33,912 nucleotides of DNA from an uncultured Bacilli bacterium. GTDB taxonomy: Bacteria; Bacillota_I; Bacilli_A; RFN20; CAG-826. The stretch spans positions 1 to 33,912 of the forward strand of contig CALVMY010000004.1 in NCBI GenBank assembly GCA_944349405.1. The letters run 5' to 3'. Shown here piece by piece: positions 17,914 through 25,874 of this stretch (position 1 is the first letter of the stretch; each line of letters begins with the position of its first letter). The translations under genes were made by a program, and so were the position numbers. The notes below the pieces were generated by a model. That model saw only the letters and a program-made list of their open reading frames with translations, made no database searches and was not told the origin of the DNA.

Positions 17914-18543
17914 ATGGATAAAATTTTTGATTATTTAAAAGACATATTTGATAAAAATGGTTTTTCATTATATATGATCGGCTCAACAAGCCGTGATTAT
18001 CTTTTAAATAGAGAAATTTTAGATTATGATTTTGTAAGTGATGCTACTCCTAGTGATATTAAAAAATTTTTAGATAATTTAGATTTAACTTTTGAAAAAT
18101 ATGGGACTATTAAATATAAATATAAAGATAAGAAAATAGATATTGTAACTTTAAGAAAAGAGGAAGAATATATTGATTTTCGTCATCCAAATAAAATAAC
18201 TTTTATAAAAGACATAAACATTGATTATAAAAGAAGGGATTTTACAATAAATGCGATTTATATCGATAAAAATTATAAGATAATTGATCCTTCAAATGGT
18301 TTATTAGATTTAAAAAATAGGCATTTAAAATTTATAAAAGATCCTTTAACATCGATAAAAGAAGACCCGTTAAGAATTTTAAGAGCATATCGATTTATAA
18401 AAGAATATAATTTAACTATTGATGAAAATGTATTAAAAATTTTAAAAGATAACGAATGCTTATTAAAAAACGTTAAAACTCAAAAGATTGAAGAAGAAAA
18501 TCGAAAATTAAAGGAGGCTATAAAAAGATGTATAACAAATTAA
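17914..18543 (+). CDS. Class II nucleotidyltransferase (CCA-adding / poly(A) polymerase head domain), truncated form of about 209 aa
   Basis: Motif A GSTSRDYLLN..LDYDF, motif B KRRDFTINA and motif D EDPLRILRAYRF are present. The protein ends about 45 aa after motif D. The start is ATG at 17914 or TTG at 17908, and no SD is evident. Confidence 0.75.
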   Translation: MDKIFDYLKDIFDKNGFSLYMIGSTSRDYLLNREILDYDFVSDATPSDIKKFLDNLDLTFEKYGTIKYKYKDKKIDIVTLRKEEEYIDFRHPNKITFIKDINIDYKRRDFTINAIYIDKNYKIIDPSNGLLDLKNRHLKFIKDPLTSIKEDPLRILRAYRFIKEYNLTIDENVLKILKDNECLLKNVKTQKIEEENRKLKEAIKRCITN

Positions 18544-19094
18544 ATGCTTTAGATTTTATTTATCTTTTACTCGATTATTATAAAGATTTAAAAATAACTA
18601 ATGATGAGCTTCTTGTTTTGCTTATGTGCGATCATCTTTTAAATAGCGATAATAAGCTTATAACTATCGAACAATTAGAGATGAAATTAGATATTCCTTT
18701 TAATGAATTAGACAAGATTTTTAATTCTTTATTAACGAAAAAATATATTGTTTATGAAACTAAAAATGACGATTTTGTAACCTCATTAAATAATTTAAAA
18801 AATGAATTATTAAAACATTATTATAAAGATTTAAATAACGAAACTTTAGTCAAGGATGATAAAGAAATCGTTAACGAAGAAACAAAAATAAAGGTTTTTT
18901 CATCTTTTGAACATTATTTTAATCGCGAATTAAACGAAACTGAAAAAGATTTTATAATGAAATGGTTAGTTAATGGAATTGATGTCGAAATGATTATTGA
19001 TTCGTTAAAAGATGCCTATAATTTAGGAGCTTTAACTATTAAAAAAATCGACGGAATTATCGCAAAAAAATTAAAAGAGGAAGAAGATATTTAA
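18528..19094 (+). CDS. DnaD-domain replication initiation / membrane attachment-like protein
   Basis: Winged-helix-like N-terminus and a DnaD-type C-terminal domain (FEHYFNRELNETEKDFIMKWL...IIDSLKDAY). It sits immediately upstream of nth, as in Bacillus. GGAGG RBS. Confidence 0.7.
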   Translation: MYNKLNALDFIYLLLDYYKDLKITNDELLVLLMCDHLLNSDNKLITIEQLEMKLDIPFNELDKIFNSLLTKKYIVYETKNDDFVTSLNNLKNELLKHYYKDLNNETLVKDDKEIVNEETKIKVFSSFEHYFNRELNETEKDFIMKWLVNGIDVEMIIDSLKDAYNLGALTIKKIDGIIAKKLKEEEDI

Positions 19095-19103
19095 TTTTTA
19101 AAA

Positions 19104-19757
19104 ATGAAAACAAAAGAAAAATGCGATAAAATCGTTACTTATTTTAATAAAATATTACCCTATGCAGATTGCGAATTAAACTATTCTAAAGATTATGAAC
19201 TTTTATTCGCGGTAGTTTTAAGCGCCCAAACAACCGATAAAAAAGTAAATGAAATAACTTCGACATTATTTAAAAAATATCCTAATTTAGATTCTTTCGA
19301 AAAAGCAAGTTTAAATGAAATTGAAGATAACATTCGTCAAATTGGATTATATAAAGCTAAAGCGCTTGCTTTAAAAGATATAACTCATAAATTAATTTAT
19401 AATTTTAATTACAAAGTTCCTGACAATAAAAAGGACCTTTTAACAATGAGAGGGGTAGGAAATAAAGTTGCAAATGTTGTATTAATCGAGCTTTTTAATA
19501 AAGAAGAATTTCCTGTTGATACCCATGTTTTTCGTGTTTCAAAAAGATTAGGTTTAGCATATAAAAACGATACAGTTGAAAAAGTTGAAGAAAAATTAAG
19601 AAAAAAATTTAAAAAAGAGCAATATAAATTACTACATCATCAATTTATTCATTTTGGAAGATACTATTGTAAAGCAATTAACCCAAGTTGCCAAAGTTGC
19701 GAATTAAAAGATATTTGTTTAGATGTTCATAATAATTCATCAATAAAAACTAAATAA
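19104..19757 (+). CDS. nth: Endonuclease III (DNA-(apurinic or apyrimidinic site) lyase)
   Basis: HhH-GPD motif MRGVGNKVANVV...PVDTHVFRV, and the 4Fe-4S loop C-x6-C-x2-C-x5-C (CKAINPSCQSCELKDIC). Confidence 0.93.
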   Translation: MKTKEKCDKIVTYFNKILPYADCELNYSKDYELLFAVVLSAQTTDKKVNEITSTLFKKYPNLDSFEKASLNEIEDNIRQIGLYKAKALALKDITHKLIYNFNYKVPDNKKDLLTMRGVGNKVANVVLIELFNKEEFPVDTHVFRVSKRLGLAYKNDTVEKVEEKLRKKFKKEQYKLLHHQFIHFGRYYCKAINPSCQSCELKDICLDVHNNSSIKTK

Positions 19758-20290
19758 TCTAAAATAGGATATAAAGAAATTTCAATTTTTCTGCCCTTTT
19801 TTATAAATTCATCAATTGGTATAGAATTTCTTTTACTTTTGCTGATGTATTCTTTTAAATTTTTAGTTGAATAGAAAAATATGTCGTTTAATGCAGTAAA
19901 ATAAACGATTATAAATGAAATTCCTCCCATTTCATCTACTTTATATAGATGTTTTAGTTGTTTTGAATTTATGTTTTTAAGATTAAAAGAAGTCTTTGAT
20001 TTAGTTTCTTTTGCCTCAAAATCAATATATTTTCCTTTATATAGGCCGTTATAATCACTTGTTGAAGGCTTTTCAAAGAAAGCTTCAGTAATTTTATTTT
20101 CTTTATTAGTTTTTACTATATGAATTGGAGTCGGTTTTTTATAAATTATGGCTTTATCTATAAATAAATAATATTTATTTGAATCATTTAACATTGTTTC
20201 AAGCGATAAACCTCGATTTTTATAAGAAATAGACGAAGTTTTTAAGTTATCCTTTTTGTTATTTTCAATATTAAATGGGTACTTTATCAT
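19727..20290 (-). CDS. recU: Holliday junction resolvase RecU
   Basis: NRGLSLETMLNDSNKYY, KKPTPI, STSDYNGLYKGKYIDFEAKETK and GGISFIIV together match the RecU pattern. Confidence 0.88.
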   Translation of the reverse strand: MIKYPFNIENNKKDNLKTSSISYKNRGLSLETMLNDSNKYYLFIDKAIIYKKPTPIHIVKTNKENKITEAFFEKPSTSDYNGLYKGKYIDFEAKETKSKTSFNLKNINSKQLKHLYKVDEMGGISFIIVYFTALNDIFFYSTKNLKEYISKSKRNSIPIDEFIKKGRKIEISLYPILDYLVFIDELL

Positions 20291-21006
20291 TTTAAATCTT
20301 CCTCAACGTAAGTCATAAAATCTTTATAAGTGACTTTTTGTTCGCTTTCTAGTTTTTTTAAAACTTTTCTAAAAGGATTTGGCAAAGCAGGCGATCTTTT
20401 TAAAACTTTGATATATTCTTCTTTTAAAATTGATTGTTTTATTAAAAAAGCATTATATAAATGCATTAAATTAATTGAATCAGTTAAAGGATCGTGAATA
20501 TTTGTTTCAATGTTTGTGTGAAAAATTTTTAAAGCATCTATTAAAGATAACGCAGTATTTTTTTCAGATTTAACATATCGAGTAAAAGTTTTAGAAAAAT
20601 CGATGCTATTTTCATAAAAATAACGAATAAATTCATCGTCATTCATACCGCTATTTAAAGCGCTATTATGCATTAAATGGGTGTCAAAATTTCCATAATG
20701 TATAAATTTGCAAGGTTCTTTTCCAACATATCTTTTGAATTTTTCCATAGCTTCCGGAAAAGTTAAGCCCTCATTTTCTAATAGTTCATTTGTAATTCCG
20801 GTTAGATTAGTTATAAAATCACCAACAATTTCATCGATTTTTATATAGCATTTAAATGTAGAAAAAATTTTTTTAACAAAGTTTTTATTATCTAAACTAG
20901 CTTTTATTGCTCCGATTGCGATAATTTCTTGACTATATTGAGACCCTTCAAAATCAATAAAGATAATTGTTTTGGCATTGTTAAGTAAACGATTTATTTC
21001 TTTCAT
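20287..21006 (-). CDS. DEDDh-type 3'-5' exonuclease domain protein (KapD/ERI-1-like)
   Basis: ExoI IFIDFEGS, ExoII YGNFD and ExoIII HDPLTDS. The stop overlaps the recU start by 4 nt. Confidence 0.8.
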   Translation of the reverse strand: MKEINRLLNNAKTIIFIDFEGSQYSQEIIAIGAIKASLDNKNFVKKIFSTFKCYIKIDEIVGDFITNLTGITNELLENEGLTFPEAMEKFKRYVGKEPCKFIHYGNFDTHLMHNSALNSGMNDDEFIRYFYENSIDFSKTFTRYVKSEKNTALSLIDALKIFHTNIETNIHDPLTDSINLMHLYNAFLIKQSILKEEYIKVLKRSPALPNPFRKVLKKLESEQKVTYKDFMTYVEEDLK

Positions 21007-21138
21007 AATTAAACTATTAATAGTATAACGATAAATCTTCTAATTTCTACTATTTTTAACTATTTTCTAAAATACAAAAGGATTATTTCTTTAATAATTT
21101 TTATTAAAGAACTATAATAATTTTTGGAGGAAATTAAG

Positions 21139-21714
21139 ATGAAATTTATTGTTGAAACAAGTGCAAGACATATTCATTTAACACAAGAAGCTTTAGAAAA
21201 ATTATGTGGAGAAGGTTATCAATTAACCGTAAAAAAAGAATTATCACAACCTGGCCAATTTGCATCTAATACTAAATTAGACCTTGTTGGACCTAAAAAT
21301 ACAATCCATGGTGTTTCTATTCTTGGACCAGTTAGAAAAGAAAACCAAGTTGAAGTCAGTGCTACAGACGCTAGAACTTTAGGAGTTAAAGCACCAGTTA
21401 GAGAATCAGGTGATGTAAAAGGAAGTGCACCAATTAAAATTGTTAATCCTGCTAATGGAAATGAATTAGATTTAGAAGAAGGCTGCATTATTGCAAAAAG
21501 ACATATCCACATGACTCCAGAAGATGCTGAAGCATTCGGAGTTAAAAATGGCGATATTGTAAGTGTTGCAACCGGTGGCGAAGGAAGAAAAATTGTTTTT
21601 GGAGACACTGTTGTTAGAGTTTCACCAAAATATAGTTTAGCTATGCATATTGATACTGATGAATCAAACGCTGGTAACTGTTTTGGCGAAATGTATGGAG
21701 AAATTGTTAAATAA
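21139..21714 (+). CDS. pduL: Phosphate acyltransferase PduL (phosphotransacetylase/propanoyltransferase)
   Basis: Duplicated RHIHL / RHIHM motifs, QPGQFA, GPVR and HIDTDESNA. The ATG at 21139 lies 8 nt after GGAGG. There is no N-terminal encapsulation-peptide-like extension. Confidence 0.9.
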   Translation: MKFIVETSARHIHLTQEALEKLCGEGYQLTVKKELSQPGQFASNTKLDLVGPKNTIHGVSILGPVRKENQVEVSATDARTLGVKAPVRESGDVKGSAPIKIVNPANGNELDLEEGCIIAKRHIHMTPEDAEAFGVKNGDIVSVATGGEGRKIVFGDTVVRVSPKYSLAMHIDTDESNAGNCFGEMYGEIVK

Positions 21715-21974
21715 TGATTAAAACGATTAATCATATTTGTAAAGGAACCTGTTCAAGAAGTATCGACTTATCCTATGATACGGAAACCAATAAAATTACT
21801 GATTTTAATATTGTTGGTGGATGCAACGGCAATTTAAAAGGTATTAAAGCTCTTATTTTAAATCGCGATATAAATGAAGTTCACGATTTATTAAAAGGTA
21901 TAAAATGCGGATTTAAACAGACTTCTTGTCCAGACCAAATTTCGATAGCGATTGAAGAATTAAAATCTCAATAA
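21714..21974 (+). CDS. TSCPD-domain small protein (TIGR03905-like four-Cys family)
   Basis: GGCNGNLKGI ... QTSCPDQISIAI. The start overlaps the pduL stop (TAATG). Confidence 0.8.
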   Translation: MIKTINHICKGTCSRSIDLSYDTETNKITDFNIVGGCNGNLKGIKALILNRDINEVHDLLKGIKCGFKQTSCPDQISIAIEELKSQ

Positions 21975-21982
21975 TATTAAGT

Positions 21983-22011
21983 TTGAATTAACTATTCTAA
22001 CTATATATAAT
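21983..22011 (+). promoter_or_regulatory. Sigma-70/SigA-type promoter of the metK leader
   Basis: TTGAAT (21983-21988), a 17-nt spacer and TATAAT (22006-22011). The predicted TSS coincides with the start of the riboswitch P1. Confidence 0.6.
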
Positions 22012-22018
22012 ATTAAAA

Positions 22019-22124
22019 CTTATCAAGAACTACATATAATTAGGTGAAAAAATGTAGTAGCAACTCTTTAAAATAAAAGTAAGTGCTTCCTAATAGCAAA
22101 GTTATCCACACTTTGAACGATAAG
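22019..22124 (+). promoter_or_regulatory. SAM riboswitch, S-box (SAM-I clan)-like aptamer with an atypical P2
   Basis: P1 cttatc / gataag with J1/2 aaga; P2 ctacat / atgtag; aGCAAC ... GTGCttcc core strings; P4 caaagt / actttg. It lies upstream of metK, the classic S-box target. Confidence 0.7.
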
Positions 22125-22138
22125 TAGGAAATGAATTT

Positions 22139-22170
22139 AGAGCCTTCCTTAAAAGTGGAAGGCTTTTTAT
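22139..22170 (+). terminator. metK leader terminator (expression platform)
   Basis: Stem agccttcc / ggaaggct with loop ttaaaagt, followed by TTTTT. It lies 20 nt upstream of the metK RBS. Confidence 0.75.
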
Positions 22171-22190
22171 AAACTAAAAAGGAGATATAA

Positions 22191-23393
22191 ATGGAAAAAG
22201 AGAAGATATTATTTACCTCTGAATCTGTTTCAGAAGGTCACCCAGATAAGGTTTGTGATCAAATTAGCGATGCTATTTTGGATGCCTGTTTAAAAGAAGA
22301 CCCTTCAAGCCATGTTGCTTGTGAATGTTTTGTAAGCAAAGATTTTTTATTGATTGGCGGAGAAATTACAACAAAAGCTAAAATAAATTATGAAGAAATT
22401 GCAAGGAATGTTATTAAAGATATCGGATATGATAAAGACGAATTAGGTTTTAATTATAAAAATTTAAAAATTATAAATATCATTAATTCTCAATCTCCTG
22501 ATATTAATATGGGAATCGATAAAGGAGATGAACTTCTTCAAGGAGCCGGTGATCAAGGAATTATGTTTGGCTATGCTACTAATGAAAATGAAGGATATAT
22601 GCCTTTAGCAATTGTTATTTCTCATAAATTGGTCCGTGAAGCTACAAAGTTAAGAAAAAACGGCTCTTTTAAATATGCTCGACCAGATATGAAATCTCAA
22701 GTAACAATCGATTATTCTTCTAAAACACCGAAGGTCGATACTGTTTTAATGTCAGTTCAACATGACCCAGATTTTAATGAAAAAGAATTTAAAGAATATA
22801 TTTATGAAAATATTATGGTCCCAGTAATAAAATCTTTTGGCTTAAATGATGATTTTAAATATTTAATTAATCCAACAGGAAGATTTGTAATTGGTGGACC
22901 AGCAGGAGACACCGGATTAACTGGGAGAAAAATTATTGTCGATACCTATGGGGGTTCTGCAAGACATGGCGGAGGATGTTTTAGTGGGAAAGACCCTTCT
23001 AAAGTTGATAGAAGTGCTGCTTATTATGCTCGCTATATGGCAAAAAATTTGGTTGCAGCAAAAATCGCGGATCGTTTAGAAATTCAACTATCTTATGCAA
23101 TAGGAAAAGCCGAACCTATTTCAATTTCTGTGTCAACTTTTAAAACCTCGCGTTATGAAGACGAAGATATTTTAAGAATTATAAATAACGTATTCGATGC
23201 TCGTCCGGGAGCTATAAATAAGGCTTTTTCCTTAACAAAGCCAACTTTTGAATATAAAAATCTTGCTTCTTATGGTCATTTTGGAAGACCAGATTTAAAT
23301 ATTCCTTGGGAAAAAATTGATAAAATTGAGGAAATCAAAGAAATTATAAAAAAATTAGGCATAAAAGAGAAAAACTTTCCACGTGAAAACTAA
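22191..23393 (+). CDS. metK: S-adenosylmethionine synthase
   Basis: FTSESVSEGHPDK, GAGDQG, and GGPAGDTGLTGRKIIVDTYGG....HGGG.FSGKDPSKVDRS. Confidence 0.97.
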   Translation: MEKEKILFTSESVSEGHPDKVCDQISDAILDACLKEDPSSHVACECFVSKDFLLIGGEITTKAKINYEEIARNVIKDIGYDKDELGFNYKNLKIINIINSQSPDINMGIDKGDELLQGAGDQGIMFGYATNENEGYMPLAIVISHKLVREATKLRKNGSFKYARPDMKSQVTIDYSSKTPKVDTVLMSVQHDPDFNEKEFKEYIYENIMVPVIKSFGLNDDFKYLINPTGRFVIGGPAGDTGLTGRKIIVDTYGGSARHGGGCFSGKDPSKVDRSAAYYARYMAKNLVAAKIADRLEIQLSYAIGKAEPISISVSTFKTSRYEDEDILRIINNVFDARPGAINKAFSLTKPTFEYKNLASYGHFGRPDLNIPWEKIDKIEEIKEIIKKLGIKEKNFPREN

Positions 23394-23424
23394 AATTTAA
23401 AATTGTTAAGTTTAATTATATTTA

Positions 23425-23452
23425 TTTAAAATTATTAAAAAATTGTTATAAT
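23425..23452 (+). promoter_or_regulatory. Candidate hpf promoter
   Basis: TTTAAA, a 16-nt spacer and an extended -10 TGtTATAAT (23444-23452). Confidence 0.45.
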
Positions 23453-23485
23453 ATAGATAACAAAAGCACATAGGAGGATAATCAT

Positions 23486-24037
23486 ATGAAATATCAAATT
23501 ATTGGCAAAAACATTACTGTTACACAAGCCATTAATGATGCTATTGTGAAAAAATTGTCCAAAATGGATAAATATTTTAAAAACGACGAAGTTGTTGATT
23601 GTAGAGCAGTCGTCAGAAGTTATAAAAATGGAGCTAAAGTAGAAGTCACAATTTTTACTCCAGATACTACATTTAGAGCTGAAGTTAAAGATCAAGATTT
23701 ATATAATGCAATTGATGAATGTATCGATAAACTCCAAGGTCAAATGAGAAAATTAAAAACTCAACTTCTAAAGAGATTCGAACACGAAGGCTTAGGAAAA
23801 GCTATTGTTTATGAAGCTTTAGAAGATGAGAGTGAATATGAAGAAAATGAAGTCGTTAGAACTAAAAATTTAGATTTAAAGCCAATTACTTTAGATGAAG
23901 CAATTACTGAAATGGAAGCAATTGGACATGATTTCTATATTTATTTAGATACTGATGATGAAAAAATCTCAGTCGTTTATAAAAGAAGTGAAGGCGGCTA
24001 TGGCTTACTTCAAGCTGATAACAAAGTCAGTTTATAA
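23486..24037 (+). CDS. hpf: Ribosome hibernation promoting factor, long form
   Basis: The N-terminal RaiA/S30AE domain starts MKYQIIGKNITVT, and the C-terminal dimerisation domain contains KPITLDEAITEMEAIGHDFYIY. AGGAGG RBS. Confidence 0.93.
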   Translation: MKYQIIGKNITVTQAINDAIVKKLSKMDKYFKNDEVVDCRAVVRSYKNGAKVEVTIFTPDTTFRAEVKDQDLYNAIDECIDKLQGQMRKLKTQLLKRFEHEGLGKAIVYEALEDESEYEENEVVRTKNLDLKPITLDEAITEMEAIGHDFYIYLDTDDEKISVVYKRSEGGYGLLQADNKVSL

Positions 24038-24060
24038 TCTATAAATTTTCGATAAATATA

Positions 24061-24089
24061 AAGGCTATCAATAAGATAGCTTTTATTTT
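24061..24089 (+). terminator. hpf terminator
   Basis: Stem aaggctatc / gatagcttt with loop aataa, followed by a T-rich tail. Confidence 0.6.
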
Positions 24090-24131
24090 ACTTTTTTTAA
24101 AATAATAGATAATATATAGCATAGTTTTACT

Positions 24132-24962
24132 ATGCTAAAAAAAGTTATTGCTACAGATTTAGATGGAACGTTGTTCTATCCCAAAGATCACAAAAATATG
24201 ATTTGCCCTGCAAATTTATTTTTTATTCAGTCTTTTATTGATAATGGCGGGAAAGTTGTAATAGTTTCTGGAAGATCGCTTGCTTATGGATTAAAGGTTG
24301 AAAAAAAGATTGGTCGCCCAGTTGATATCGTTTCTTTTAATGGAGCCTGCATTTGTCATAATAAAGAAATTATTTTTTCTAAAGAGATTCAAAAAGAGGA
24401 AGTAATTTCAATTATTGAAGATATTTTCTCATCATATAGATGTTTAGCCATCGCTATTTTTACAGATAGTGGAATTTATGTAAAAACTAGATCTGATTCA
24501 AAATTACTTTTATTTTTATATCGATTCTATTCTAAAAGCCAAGGTGTTCTTGCCGAAAAAATTTATTTTGGAAAAGATAAATACGATAAATCATTAAAAA
24601 ATGAACGTGTTTATAAAATTTTAGTTTTTTTCGGAATAACGAATTCTGCTAAAAAAAGAGCGATGGAAACAAATAAAATTATTCGCAATACCTATGATAA
24701 TGTTGAATCATCTTGGACTGGAGGTTGTATTGAAATCACTTATAAAGATATTAATAAGGGTGAAGCTATTAAAAAATATTGCGAAATTAACAGTATAAAT
24801 AAAGAAGATGTTTATGTTGTTGGAGATAGTGGCAACGATATAACGATGTTTAAAGAATTTAATGAACATTCTTTTTCTATGTTTCACGCCCCAAAAACCG
24901 TTAAAAAATATGCCAAATACACTCTAGAGAAATATGAAGATTTATCTAGATATATTTATTAA
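24132..24962 (+). CDS. Cof-type HAD-IIB family phosphatase
   Basis: DLDGTLF motif I, SGRS motif II and GDSGNDITMF motif IV. Confidence 0.85.
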   Translation: MLKKVIATDLDGTLFYPKDHKNMICPANLFFIQSFIDNGGKVVIVSGRSLAYGLKVEKKIGRPVDIVSFNGACICHNKEIIFSKEIQKEEVISIIEDIFSSYRCLAIAIFTDSGIYVKTRSDSKLLLFLYRFYSKSQGVLAEKIYFGKDKYDKSLKNERVYKILVFFGITNSAKKRAMETNKIIRNTYDNVESSWTGGCIEITYKDINKGEAIKKYCEINSINKEDVYVVGDSGNDITMFKEFNEHSFSMFHAPKTVKKYAKYTLEKYEDLSRYIY

Positions 24963-25007
24963 AAATAGTAAAATATATAAGATATTGAAAAGGAGAAATA
25001 ATTATTT

Positions 25008-25874
25008 ATGTTACCAATTAATAGAGTTATTGTTTCACTTGTTTATTATAATTCATTACTTAGAGATACTCTTGAATACTCAACACACAGAGATAAATTC
25101 GATGTTAATTTTTATAATTACAAGAAAAATGGAATTGTTAACGAACCACTTTTAAATACTCCATTAAAAAGTTTTTTAGATTCAAATGGTGAAAAAGGTG
25201 ATGAATTAAGAAAACAAATTTTAGAATACGGAGAAACATTCTATTCTGATAAATCAACCGTTTTAAGAGTTGATGGCGACACAATTAAAGTAGATCATAA
25301 CCAAGATGTTTTACTTTTTGAAAAAACAATCCCACTTCATGAATCGATCAATGCAGTTATAAGAATTCATGAAAAATATGCTCAAGATCACAATCAAGTT
25401 GACGAAAAAATCGTTAAATTACTTGATGCCGATGAAAAATTCTATCGTTCAGTTGTTTTATTCTCTTTATTAAATACAATTATGAGAAAATTTAATGAAT
25501 TTAATAAAGAAATGAGAGAATCACATGGTGAAAAAGGACCAGCCGCAAGCTTTATTGAACAAGAATTAAATACTCTTGTTAGAATGTTCTTTATTTCAAA
25601 AGCAAATGCTACATGTAAAAATTCTGAATATACCGATGCTTTAGATTTAGTTGAACATTTAATCGAAATGATGAATGGCAAAAGAGAATTACCAAAAGGA
25701 AAAAATTTTAACGATGTCTTTGCTGAAGCAAACGCTAAAGTTAATGAATTTTTAATTCTTTCAGAAGATAGTTGGAAATTATATTATGCTCCAGCAGTTC
25801 AAGAAATGATTAAAGACAACCAAGAAGCTAGAGCAAGAGCACAAGAAGCTCAAAAGAAAGAAGAAAATAAATAA
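25008..25874 (+). CDS. Hypothetical soluble protein (288 aa), no family recognised
   Basis: Strong RBS (AAGGAGaaataattatttATG) and a long ORF with normal composition. It looks mostly helical and has a charged C-terminal tail, QEARARAQEAQKKEENK. Confidence 0.75.
   Translation: MLPINRVIVSLVYYNSLLRDTLEYSTHRDKFDVNFYNYKKNGIVNEPLLNTPLKSFLDSNGEKGDELRKQILEYGETFYSDKSTVLRVDGDTIKVDHNQDVLLFEKTIPLHESINAVIRIHEKYAQDHNQVDEKIVKLLDADEKFYRSVVLFSLLNTIMRKFNEFNKEMRESHGEKGPAASFIEQELNTLVRMFFISKANATCKNSEYTDALDLVEHLIEMMNGKRELPKGKNFNDVFAEANAKVNEFLILSEDSWKLYYAPAVQEMIKDNQEARARAQEAQKKEENK

Noticed and set aside
21219-21734. 171-aa ORF on the minus strand covering almost all of pduL
   Set aside because: It is antisense to a gene with unmistakable PduL motifs. 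Its translation is S/P/T/L-rich with no RBS and no recognisable motif, as expected for a shadow frame of a gene that is relatively GC-rich for this genome.
22102-22110. Perfect DnaA box TTATCCACA, in a window that also carries the origin-proximal genes mnmG-rsmG-parAB
   Set aside because: It is a single isolated box lying in the P4 stem-loop of the metK riboswitch. There is no cluster of boxes, no AT-rich unwinding element and no dnaA/dnaN nearby, so it is not an origin.
24934-25155. 73-aa ORF bridging the HAD gene end and the start of the 288-aa hypothetical gene; also 26210..26434 (-) across the bidirectional terminator
   Set aside because: They overlap better-supported genes in other frames or strands, span intergenic signals (an RBS and a terminator), and have implausible hydrophobic, low-complexity translations.
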